DNA from: Flavobacteriales bacterium
Lineage (GTDB): Bacteria > Bacteroidota > Bacteroidia > Flavobacteriales_F > PHOS-HE28
Reading direction: 5' to 3'
DNA length: 64,000 bases
Assembly: GCA_016715995.1 (NCBI GenBank)
Contig: JADJXF010000018.1
Coordinates: forward strand, 3,850 to 67,849
A program made the position numbers and the translations under genes. The stretch's first letter is position 1, and each line of letters opens with the position of its first letter. The notes beneath the pieces are model-generated. The model made no database searches, was not told the DNA's origin, and was given only the letters and a program-made list of their open reading frames with translations. Shown here piece by piece: positions 17,832 to 27,075 of the stretch.

Positions 17832-18248
17832 CTAGTGCCACGCGCCCAGGATGGCCCCTTGCAACGCGAGGAAGCACACCTGGTAGCCCGCGTCGATGGC
17901 CCAGAGCACCATCGACTTGCGCTGGTACAGGTAGTTGATGCCTGTGCTGGTGGCCACGAAGCAGATGCCGATGAAGAGCCCGTGCAGCAGGCCCACGCTC
18001 CAGGTTAGCTTGGCGGGGTCTTCGGCGTACCAGAGCATGGCCAGCCCCAGCGCCATAACGAAAGTGAGCAGCAGGGTGCTGCCGAAGATCATGCCCATGT
18101 TGGCGCCCTTCTTCAGCTCCTCTTCCGTGAAGCCCAGCTCCTTCATCCAGCGCTTGCCGAAGAGGAAGCTGTACCACACGAAGCCCAGGAAGAAGGCACA
18201 CACCGTGGCCACCGCCACGGCGAAGAAGTTGACGTTGCTGAAGTCCAT
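17832..18248 (-). CDS. DUF1761 family membrane protein
   Basis: NFFAVAVATVCAFFLGFVWYSFLFGKRWMKE...AIDAGYQ, 4 TM. Confidence 0.85.
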   Translation of the reverse strand: MDFSNVNFFAVAVATVCAFFLGFVWYSFLFGKRWMKELGFTEEELKKGANMGMIFGSTLLLTFVMALGLAMLWYAEDPAKLTWSVGLLHGLFIGICFVATSTGINYLYQRKSMVLWAIDAGYQVCFLALQGAILGAWH

Positions 18249-18764
18249 GGTGAAGGGTTTGGTGGAGCGAACGTAGGGAAGAGGCCCGACTCTCCTCTTG
18301 CACCGTGCACCTGGCGTGGGCCGGAAGCCCTCAGCGGAATTTGGGACCGGGGCCCAACAATCAATCCTGTTCATTCACGATTGGCCCGTTAGCGCAGCGG
18401 GCACCGTGGCCCCTACCCACACGTAAGCAGTTCACCAGCGCTTTCCCAAGAACCTCATCATCCCCCGTTTGCTTTGATGGCCGCACGGGGAACCTGGTTG
18501 GCTCCGCCGCCTGCACGCGCTTCGGCAGGAACAACCGCTCTTCGATCACAATCAACCAGCCGGAGGGGTTAACTTCGCCGAGCGTTCCATCACGCATTGC
18601 TTGTCGTGCCGAAGTGCGACATCGCGTGAGCGCTGCTCAACTGGGCACCTCGCCCACGTATGCATGAGGCTTTCCTGATCGGATTGGCCTCGTTATCGGG
18701 CTTCACGCGCGAAGCCTCTTTGTTCACCGGGCCAAGCCGCTTGCTTGGCCGCAATCCAACCGCA

Positions 18765-19807
18765 ATGGATGCGCAGTTCCAGCTGATCTCATGGATGGCG
18801 TTGGCCGCACTGGCGGGTACCGGGTTGGGCTGGTTGCTGGACCGCTTGATGCTCGGGCGGTTGCGGAAGCTGGCTCTAATCACCGAGAGCCCCATTGACG
18901 ATGCGATCGTTTCGGCGTTCAACGGCATGCTGCCGATCTGGTGCGGCCGATCGGCATCCACCTGGCCATGCGTTCCGCCCATCCGGCGAGGCATGGATCG
19001 AACCCGTGGGGGCGCGTGATGCTGATGCTCACGGTGTTCACCATCTGCTTGGTGGCGGCGCGCGTATCGGCCTCGTGGATCCGCAATTCCACGAGCGGGC
19101 TCGGAGGCGGAACAGCAACGGCCTCGATCCTCGGCATCATCGCGCGCGTGCTCATCTTCTCCGTCGGAGCACTTATCGTCCTCCACGACCTCGGCATCTC
19201 CATCGCGCCGATGGTCACGGCCCTTGGCGTGGGCGGCCTTGCGGTGGCGCTCGCGCTGCAGGATACGCTCTCGAACCTGTTCGCGGGCCTGCAGTTGATC
19301 GCCTCGAGGCAGGTGAACATGGGCGATTACGTGAAGCTGGAGAGCGGCGAAGAAGGCTACCTCACGGACATCACCTGGCGCAATACCACGATCCGGGCAT
19401 TGCCCAATCACATGATCGTGGTGCCCAACGCCAAGCTGGCCTCCTCCATCGTGCAGAACCATCAGCTTCCGGATGCGGAGGTGGCGGTTCTCGTGCAAGT
19501 GGGCGTGAGCTACGACAGCGACCGGACCACGTCGAAAGGTGACCATTGCGACCGCTGGCAGGTGCTGCGTCGGCTGCAACCCACCTTGAAGGATTTCGAT
19601 CCGTTCATCCGGTACCACACGTTCGCCGAATCGAGCATCGGCTTCTCGGTGATCCTGCGCGCCGCGGAATTCACCGAGCGCTTCCAACTGATGCATGAAT
19701 TCATCAAGGCCCTTCACCAGAAGTACCGGGAGGAAGGCATCGTGATCCCGTATCCGATACGCACCGTGAAGATGGACGTGAGCAAAACACCGAATCATGA
19801 AGAGTGA
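18765..19807 (+). CDS. MscS mechanosensitive channel (several frameshifts near 18945-19015 and 19520-19560)
   Basis: ALGVGGLAVALALQDTLSNLFAGLQL, GDYVKL, ITWRNTTIR, IVVPNAKL and GIVIPYP. The N-terminal TM helices are in a different frame. Confidence 0.88.
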
Positions 19808-22047
19808 GAACCGCCTGATCATCGTTTCCAACCGCCTGCCGTTCCGCTACACCGAGCGGGCAGGGCGGATTGTGGTAACGCCCAGCACGGGCGGCCTGGT
19901 GAGCAGCATAAGCTCCTACCTGGACCAGGCGATGGGCAATGCACCAGATGACAACCTTCGGCCTGTGTGGGTTGGCGCCACCGAATTGCGCACGCGTCGT
20001 TTGGCAAAGCTCCTCGCCAGCGGCGCCACGCTCGATGGCGGGCGCTACGAATTGCGGCCCGTTGCATTGCCCGATGTGACGCGCGACCGTCACTACAACG
20101 GTTTCTCCAATAGCACCCTCTGGCCCCTGTTCCACTACTTCCCTTCGGTGGCGCGCTACGAGCAGGATTGGTTCGACCACTACCGCGTGGCCAATCAGCT
20201 TTTTCTTGAAACGCTGGAGCAGACCGTACGACCCGGCGACCGGGTGTGGATACACGACTATCATCTGATGCTCTTGCCGGCCATGCTGCGCGAACGCTTC
20301 CCGGACCTGCCCATCAGCTTCTTCCTCCACATCCCTTTCCCCTCCTACGAGATGTTCCGCCTGCTGCCCGCCGCATGGCGCATCCCGAACTGCTCGAGGG
20401 GGTCCTAGGCGCCGACCTGGTGGGGCTGCAAACGCACGACCACGCGCAATACCTGCTGAAGAGCGTGCAGCAGCTGCTCGGGTATGAACTGGACCTGCGC
20501 ACCGTGCGCGGCCGCGCCCATTCCACGGTGGTGGATGCCTTCCCCGTGAGCATTGATCCGGCGCGGTTCCGCGAGGCCTTCGACGACCACGCCGTGGTGG
20601 CCGAGAAGAACCTGTTGCGCCGAAGCACCATGGGTCAGCGCTTGATCCTCTCCATCGACCGGCTCGATTACATCAAGGGCGTGCTCCAACGCCTGCAGGG
20701 CTACGAGCATTTCCTGGATACGCATCCCGAGATGGTGGGCAAGGTGACCTTCATCCTGTTGATCGTCCCATCGCGCGATGCGATCACGAAGTACCGCGAG
20801 CTGAAGGAGGGCATCGAAGCCGCGGCCGGACGGATCAACGGGCGCTTCGGAGGCGTGGACTGGCAACCGGTGGTGTACCAGTACCGATCGGTGAACCACA
20901 AGAAGCTGTGCGCACTCTACCAGTCGGCCGATGTGGCGCTGATCACGCCGCTGCGCGATGGGATGAACCTGGTGGCGAAAGAGTTCGTGGCGGCGCGCAG
21001 GACCGGCGCGGCGTGCTGATCCTGAGCGAGACCGCAGGCGCCGCGAATGAGCTGGGGAGCGCCATCATCATCAACCCCACGGACCGCGATGCGATCGCTG
21101 GCGCGCTGCTCGCCGCATTGGACATGCCACCCGAGGAGCAGTCGCTGCGCATGGCCGAGATGCAGCAACGACTCACGCGGTACGACGTGGTGCGCTGGGC
21201 AGAGGACCTCCTGGACCAGCTGGACGGCGCGGTGGCCATCCGCCGCCAGCTGCAGGTGAAGGAAGCCACTCCCGAGGTACGCCAGACATTCCTGAGCGCC
21301 TATGCCAAGGCCCGGTCGCGATGGATCTTCCTTGATCACGACGGCACCCTGGTTCCCTTTTCCAAACGGCCCGCCGATGCTGCGCCAGGCAAACCGCTCC
21401 TGGTCCTCCTGGATCAGCTCGCCGTGGATCCGCGCAACGCCGTGGCGATCGTGAGCGGCCGCGACCGAGACACGCTGGGCGCCTGGTACGGCGGTCTGCC
21501 CGTGCACTTGATCGCCGAGCACGGGGCTTATGCCAGGCCACCCGGAGGTTCATGGTCAGTTCCTGACTGGAGGACCGAATGGAAGGAGTCCGTGATCACC
21601 TTGTTCCAGCAGTTCCATGACCGCTGCCCGGGCTCGCTCGTGGAGGAGAAGACGACCGCGGTCGCCTGGCATTATCGCGGTGCCGCGCAGGACCTGGGCT
21701 TTTTGCGCTCCCGCGAACTGGTGAACGTGCTGAACGACATGGCCCGCTCGTTCGATTTCCAGGTCATCGAAGGGAACATGGTCATCGAGGTGCGGCCTAG
21801 GGGCATCGACAAGGGAACGGCGGTGAGGCGGGCCCTCGAGGAGCGCCCTGGCGAATTGGTCATGGCCATCGGCGACGACCGCACGGATGAGGACATCTTC
21901 AAGGTGCTGCCCATCGATGCCATGAGCATCAAGGTGGGCATGGTCCCCAGCTTCGCGCGCTACAACGTGCGCAGCCACGAGGATGTCCTCGCCCTGTTGG
22001 GAACCCTTGCCGCCACCCCCGATCCGGCGGTGGTGATGGCCGTTTGA
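19797..22047 (+). CDS. Bifunctional trehalose-6-phosphate synthase/phosphatase (OtsA-OtsB fusion; frameshifts near 20385 and 21000)
   Basis: IIVSNRLP, YNGFSNSTLWPLFHY, WIHDYHL, FFLHIPFP, IDRLDYIKG, LRDGMNLVAKEF, HAD motif FLDHDGTL and IGDDRTDED, spread over three frames. Confidence 0.9.
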
Positions 22048-22073
22048 TCCGCATGCACGCATGCACAGGTCCA

Positions 22074-23861
22074 TCATGCAGGCGGTCGCTGCCGATCCAG
22101 CGCCACGGCAGCGTTGATCAACCCGATGTGCGAGAGGGCCTGCGGGAAATTCCCCAGGTGTTCGCCCGTGACGGCGTCCAATTCCTCGGCATACAAGCCC
22201 AGTGGCGTGGCGCGCGCAAGCATCCGCTCGAACAGGTTGCGCGCCTCGTCCATACGGTTGGCGAGGATCAGCGCTTCAATGAGCCAGAAGCTGCAGAGCA
22301 CGAAGGTGGCCTCGCCTCCCTCCACGCCGTCCGGCGCGTCCAGGTAGCGATAGCACAGACCGTTGTCCACCAAGCGTGTGTTGGTCGCCTCGATGGTCGC
22401 GATCATGCGCGGGTCGGCACCGTCGATGAAGCCCAGGATCGGCAGCATCAGGTTCGCGGCGTCCAGCCGTTCATCCTCATACGATTGCATGAAGGCCTGC
22501 AGCTTGTCGCTCCATCCATGGTGCAGCACGTCGTTCTTGATGCGCGAACGATGGTCCTTCCAATGGTCCACATCTCCCGGCAGACGGTACCGTTCCGCCA
22601 GTTGGATCGCGCGGTCGAGCGCCACCCAGCACATCACCTTGCCGAAGACGAAGTGCCTGCGGCCGCCGCGCACCTCCCATATCCCGTTCTCCGGCAACTG
22701 CCAATGTTCGAGCACCCAATCGATCAACGGAAGCACATGCTGCCAAAGGGGACGCGGATCCTGGAGGCCTTTCGTGCAGGCGAAGTGGATGGCATCGAGC
22801 ACCTCTCCGAACACGTCGAGCTGCAACTGCCGGGCAGCCGCATTGCCCACCCGCACCGGTTTGGACCGTCGATATCCTTCCAGGTGATCGAGCTCGATCT
22901 CCTCCACGCTGCCTTCTCTGCTGAGCGGATACAGGACATGGAGTTCAGGACCCTCCAGCTTCACCGTCCTGAAGATCCATTTGAAGAGCGCCTCCTCCTC
23001 CTCCAGGTAGCCCGCCTGCATCAAGGCGTTCAGGGTGAACGAGGCATCGCGGATCCAGCAGAAGCGGTAATCCCAATTGCGCACGCCACCGATCTCTTCC
23101 GGCAGCGAGGTGGTGGGCGCCGCCGCGATCGCACCGGTATCCTGGTCGTGCAGCAGCTTCAACGTCAGTACGCTCCGCACCACCGCTGTGCGATAGGGCC
23201 CGATGTAGGTGCAACGCGCGGACCAGTCGTGCCAGTAAGCCAGTGTTCCATCCAGTGCGTCGAACGCGTCCACGGCGGATTCCATTCCCGGTCCGCTCAA
23301 GGCATAGGCACAGCGCTCACCAGCGCTCATCGTCATCCAGTGGTCTATCGCATGGGCTTGCGCGTCCACTTCCCACGGGCCCGGGGCGGTGCAACGGAAG
23401 GCGCCGAAATGCGCGTCGTTGCCGTGCAGATTGAACACGGGTCCGATCACGCCGTTGCCCGGGCGCGGCATGCAGCGGGAACGCATCCGCACCGTTCCCT
23501 CCAGGCATTGCACGATGCGGAACAATGCACCGGGCCTCGGCTCCGTACTTCCGCTTTCGGGTGTCACGTCCATCAGGTCCAGCGTGCGTACGCGGCCTCC
23601 ATCGCAGGTATAGGTGGTCACCAGCACGTTCGTGCCGGGCATGTATTCGTGGTTCGAACGGAACGCTTCCGTAGGCTGCAGTTCCCAACTGCCCCCACGC
23701 GCATGATCGAGCAAGCGCGCGAAGAGAAAGGGGGAATCGAAGTGCGGCGCGCACATCCACGTGATCTCGCCGCGGCTGCTCACCAAGGCAGCGGTCCGGC
23801 AGTTGCCGATCAGCCCATGGTCGGCGATGCTGGGGGCATGCGGGAATTGGGTCTCCATCAT
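22074..23861 (-). CDS. Glycoside hydrolase family 15 (trehalase/glucoamylase-like)
   Basis: IADHGLIGNCRTAALV, AAPTTSLPEEIGGVRNWDYRFCWIRDA, GLYAEE and GNFPQALSH. Confidence 0.92.
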   Translation of the reverse strand: MMETQFPHAPSIADHGLIGNCRTAALVSSRGEITWMCAPHFDSPFLFARLLDHARGGSWELQPTEAFRSNHEYMPGTNVLVTTYTCDGGRVRTLDLMDVTPESGSTEPRPGALFRIVQCLEGTVRMRSRCMPRPGNGVIGPVFNLHGNDAHFGAFRCTAPGPWEVDAQAHAIDHWMTMSAGERCAYALSGPGMESAVDAFDALDGTLAYWHDWSARCTYIGPYRTAVVRSVLTLKLLHDQDTGAIAAAPTTSLPEEIGGVRNWDYRFCWIRDASFTLNALMQAGYLEEEEALFKWIFRTVKLEGPELHVLYPLSREGSVEEIELDHLEGYRRSKPVRVGNAAARQLQLDVFGEVLDAIHFACTKGLQDPRPLWQHVLPLIDWVLEHWQLPENGIWEVRGGRRHFVFGKVMCWVALDRAIQLAERYRLPGDVDHWKDHRSRIKNDVLHHGWSDKLQAFMQSYEDERLDAANLMLPILGFIDGADPRMIATIEATNTRLVDNGLCYRYLDAPDGVEGGEATFVLCSFWLIEALILANRMDEARNLFERMLARATPLGLYAEELDAVTGEHLGNFPQALSHIGLINAAVALDRQRPPA

Positions 23862-24056
23862 CGATCGCGTGGGGCGCTGCGCCGGATGCGGCACCCCACC
23901 CTGCAAAGGTGCGCAGTGCTTGCACCCTTCGCGCGAGGCTTCTTCCACATCCGCCGCACGTTCTCCGACGCGGTCATGGCCCATCGTCATTTCGGCGGTG
24001 CCCATGCGCGGCGGATCGCACGATGCACCTATTTTGGCTCAAGACCTGTCTAACGC

Positions 24057-25385
24057 ATGAGGATCCGGTACTGGCACGGGCGCTACTTCGGGGAGAACAC
24101 CTCACTGGTGATCGCGGGAATCCTGATCGGGATCTTCGGCGCGCTCGGCGCGGTGGCCCTGAAACAGGGCGTATCGGAACTGACGCGGCTGCTGCACGAC
24201 TGGCTGTTCGGTTCGCGCCGCGCGTTGCTGGTGCTGCTGATACCGACCAGCGGGATCCTGCTCTCCGTGCTCTTCACGCGGATCTGGCTGAAGGGCGATC
24301 TGGGCCGTGGCCTGCCTTCGGTGCTGAAGGACGTGAAGGAGAACAAGGGCGTGATCGAATTCCACAAGCTCTATTCGCAGGTGGTCACGAGCATACTGAC
24401 CATGGGCACCGGCGGATCGGCCGGGCTGGAAGCCCCCATCGCCGTAACGGGGGCCGCCTGGGGCAGCAACATGGCGCGCTGGCTGAAATTCGATGAGCCC
24501 GCCCGTCAACTGCTCCTGGCATGCGGCGCGGCCGCCGGCATCTCGGCGATCTTCAACGCGCCCATCGCAGGGGCCATCTTCGCGCTCGAGGCCATCCTGC
24601 TGAACATCGCCATCCCGATGGTGGTGCCGGTGCTGATCGCCTCGGCCTCCGCCGCCTTCGTCTCCTCGCTCATCTACAAGGATCCGCCCTTCGTGCTGAT
24701 CACGGATTCATGGAGTGCGGCCGCGCTGCCCTATTATTTCGGTTTGGCGCTCGTCGCCGCAGGTCTTTCACTGTACACCGTGCGCGTATACTTCTGGATC
24801 GGTGCCCGGTTCGGTCGGTGGAAGGCGCCCTATGCCAAGGCCTTGGTGGGCGGCCTCTTGCTGGGTACCTTGATCCTGTTCTTCCCTCCCCTGCTCGGCG
24901 AGGGCTATCACGGCGTGGAGAGCCTCCTCAGCGGCGAGGCGCACCGGCTCGCGGCGCACGCTCCCCTGCAATTGGGCCTGGGCGAATGGAACCTGGAAGG
25001 ACTCGTGGTGGCCCTTATGCTGCTGAAAGTGGTGGCCACCTCCTTGACGCTGGGCGCCGGCGGCAATGGCGGCATGTTCGGCCCCTCGCTCTTCATCGGC
25101 GGCATGTGCGGCTTCGCCTTCTCCCATGCGGCCAATCTCTTGGGCATCGCCCAGCTCAACGAGACCAACTTCACCGTGGTGGGCATGGCGGCGGTGCTCA
25201 GCGGCACCATCCACGTGCCGCTCACCGCGATCTTCCTAATAGCGGAGATCACCGGCGGATATGCCTTGTTCGTGCCACTCATGCTGGCGACCTCCTTGAG
25301 CTACCTCATCTCGCGATCGGTGCAGCCGCACTCCATTTACAGCAAGCAGGTCACCGCTGCGCAGGAAGGCGCATCGGCGCGGTAG
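24057..25385 (+). CDS. ClC family chloride channel / Cl-:H+ antiporter without CBS domains
   Basis: GSAGLEAP (gating Glu), CGAAAGISAIFNAPIAGAIFALE, GNGGMFGPSLFIG and a terminal SIY. Confidence 0.9.
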   Translation: MRIRYWHGRYFGENTSLVIAGILIGIFGALGAVALKQGVSELTRLLHDWLFGSRRALLVLLIPTSGILLSVLFTRIWLKGDLGRGLPSVLKDVKENKGVIEFHKLYSQVVTSILTMGTGGSAGLEAPIAVTGAAWGSNMARWLKFDEPARQLLLACGAAAGISAIFNAPIAGAIFALEAILLNIAIPMVVPVLIASASAAFVSSLIYKDPPFVLITDSWSAAALPYYFGLALVAAGLSLYTVRVYFWIGARFGRWKAPYAKALVGGLLLGTLILFFPPLLGEGYHGVESLLSGEAHRLAAHAPLQLGLGEWNLEGLVVALMLLKVVATSLTLGAGGNGGMFGPSLFIGGMCGFAFSHAANLLGIAQLNETNFTVVGMAAVLSGTIHVPLTAIFLIAEITGGYALFVPLMLATSLSYLISRSVQPHSIYSKQVTAAQEGASAR

Positions 25386-25476
25386 CCGAGCCGGCCGGAC
25401 GTTGGGCAATGTCTCCTTCTGAGTGAAGGCAAGGTCAGCCGTCGTGATAGCGATTGTCCGATCTCCCGTCGGCTCC

Positions 25477-25824
25477 CTACCCTTTCGGTGGTGCGGCCCG
25501 CGTCGGGATCAACCACTTGGGCGCCACGTTGCGCCAAGCCAGATCCATGGCGTAGCGGAAGAGCCGCTCGCTGGTGTGCGCCATGTGCACGCTCGTCCAC
25601 CCATGCTTGCCCAGCTTCTGCTCGATGGGTGCGAACGCATCGGGATGCTCTTCACCCAGCAGCGCTTGTTGCTCCGGTGTCAGCTTCATCACCGCTCGAT
25701 GTTCTTCCACCCATAGTGTGAGGTAGGTCCTCTTCTTCACGCTGTAGCTCGGCCGCCCGAAGTGCTCCTTCTCCGCCGTGCCCGGCATGTCCAGGGCCAT
25801 GGCGCGTGCGGTCTGGCTGTCCAT
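25477..25824 (-). CDS. MmcQ/YjbR family DNA-binding protein
   Basis: ARAMALDMPGTAEKEHFGRPSYSVKKR...LGKHGWTSV. Confidence 0.8.
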   Translation of the reverse strand: MDSQTARAMALDMPGTAEKEHFGRPSYSVKKRTYLTLWVEEHRAVMKLTPEQQALLGEEHPDAFAPIEQKLGKHGWTSVHMAHTSERLFRYAMDLAWRNVAPKWLIPTRAAPPKG

Positions 25825-25857
25825 GCAGGCGGCGCTGAATGCAGATGGCCAACAGGT

Positions 25858-26850
25858 CTAGTCCTGCACGAAGCGCACGGGCAGCAGGCCGGGCACCCCG
25901 ATGGCCTGCAAGGTGTAAAGCCCCTTGCGCAGGCCGGTGGTACCGATGCTGGTGCGGTCGCTGATGATGCGATCACGCAGCACCAAGCGCCCTTCAGCAT
26001 CGAGCACGCGCAGCTCAGCGCCGATGGCCTGGGCAGGCGCTATCACCGTAACCCCATCCGGACCAGTGATCACGCCTAAACGGGGCAACTCCTCTACGAT
26101 GCCGGTGGAGAGGCTGGTGCTGCGGAAGCTGAAGGCCTCAAGGAAGACACCGCTGTCGAAGGCCATGTCGGAGACATCGGCAATGGCCACCTTGAAATGG
26201 TAGGTGTCGTCCGGGGAGACTTCCGCGAACACCGTGAGGTTGGTGGTGAAACCATCGTAAGCCACATTCTGGCCCATGGCGTTCTGGTTGTCCACGAAGT
26301 AGGCGCCGTTGAGGTTCCCATTCACGTTGTTGATGGCTACCGGTGTGCCGTCAGGCAGAGCCGCAACGTTGGTGGGTGTCGGGAAGCCGGGACCGCTGAG
26401 GTAGATGGCGAACACATCGTTGAATGCACTACCAACGAACTCGGGGTACTCTTCGCTGCCGAAGCTGAAATTGAACAGGAGCGTATCACCGAGCGGGATG
26501 CAATCGAATTCCAGCACGCAGGCATCGAAGGTCATCATGCCGACTTCGTCTTGCAGGTCGGCATCACCTGGGAAGCCCGTGGTCTCCGACGCGAAGTTGC
26601 CCACGACGCCCGCGACCTGGTCTGCACCGCCTGTGGTGAGCACGAGCCCTTCCACTATCTCCATCTCCGAGCCACCCGAGAAATGGCCCATCGCACTGCC
26701 CGCGCAATTCACCGTGACATTGGTGATGCTCACGTTCAGGCCCTCCAGCAGCTGCGCCACCTGCGCGTTGCTAAGGCTGTCGGTGATGGTCAGCTGGGCA
26801 TTCGCGGAGCCAGCAAGGCAGAGACCGAGGAAAGCGTGCAGTGGTTTCAT
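25858..26850 (-). CDS. Choice-of-anchor L domain protein with T9SS C-terminal domain
   Basis: Signal peptide, GLVLTTG, DACVLEFD, FGSEEYPEFVGSAFNDVF, DSGVFL and CTD GLRKGLYTL. Confidence 0.85.
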   Translation of the reverse strand: MKPLHAFLGLCLAGSANAQLTITDSLSNAQVAQLLEGLNVSITNVTVNCAGSAMGHFSGGSEMEIVEGLVLTTGGADQVAGVVGNFASETTGFPGDADLQDEVGMMTFDACVLEFDCIPLGDTLLFNFSFGSEEYPEFVGSAFNDVFAIYLSGPGFPTPTNVAALPDGTPVAINNVNGNLNGAYFVDNQNAMGQNVAYDGFTTNLTVFAEVSPDDTYHFKVAIADVSDMAFDSGVFLEAFSFRSTSLSTGIVEELPRLGVITGPDGVTVIAPAQAIGAELRVLDAEGRLVLRDRIISDRTSIGTTGLRKGLYTLQAIGVPGLLPVRFVQD

Positions 26851-26869
26851 GTGCTGGGCGTTGGTTGGT

Positions 26870-26877
26870 CGAAAGTA
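26870..26877 (-). promoter_or_regulatory. Bacteroidota -7 promoter-like element (TACTTTCG)
   Basis: Located 19 nt upstream of the ATG at 26850. Confidence 0.45.
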
Positions 26878-27075
26878 GATGATGGACTTCTTCCGGACGT
26901 ATCTGGATTTGAACCTGCCGTGGTGATCATGCTCCGGCCAACTTGCGGGAGAGCATGGGTTCTTGATGGGCATTCCCCTCCACGGCTACCCGGCGCTCAG
27001 GTCGCGTGCAGTGGGCGTCCGTCCCAACTTCGAGCCTCCCCGTTGCGCGACCTTTGCCCTCCCGAATCAATCGGG

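Noticed and set aside
18361-18597. 78-aa ORF with a faint GreA/Rnk-like LGKALV segment
   Set aside because: The similarity is too short, the start context is poor and no other family motifs are present.
26197-27075. Long N-terminal extensions in the ORF track (26197-29331, 49177-54174, 54175-57240, 22074-24005)
   Set aside because: The extensions overlap neighbouring genes. Signal peptides or family starts and promoter-like motifs point to internal starts.
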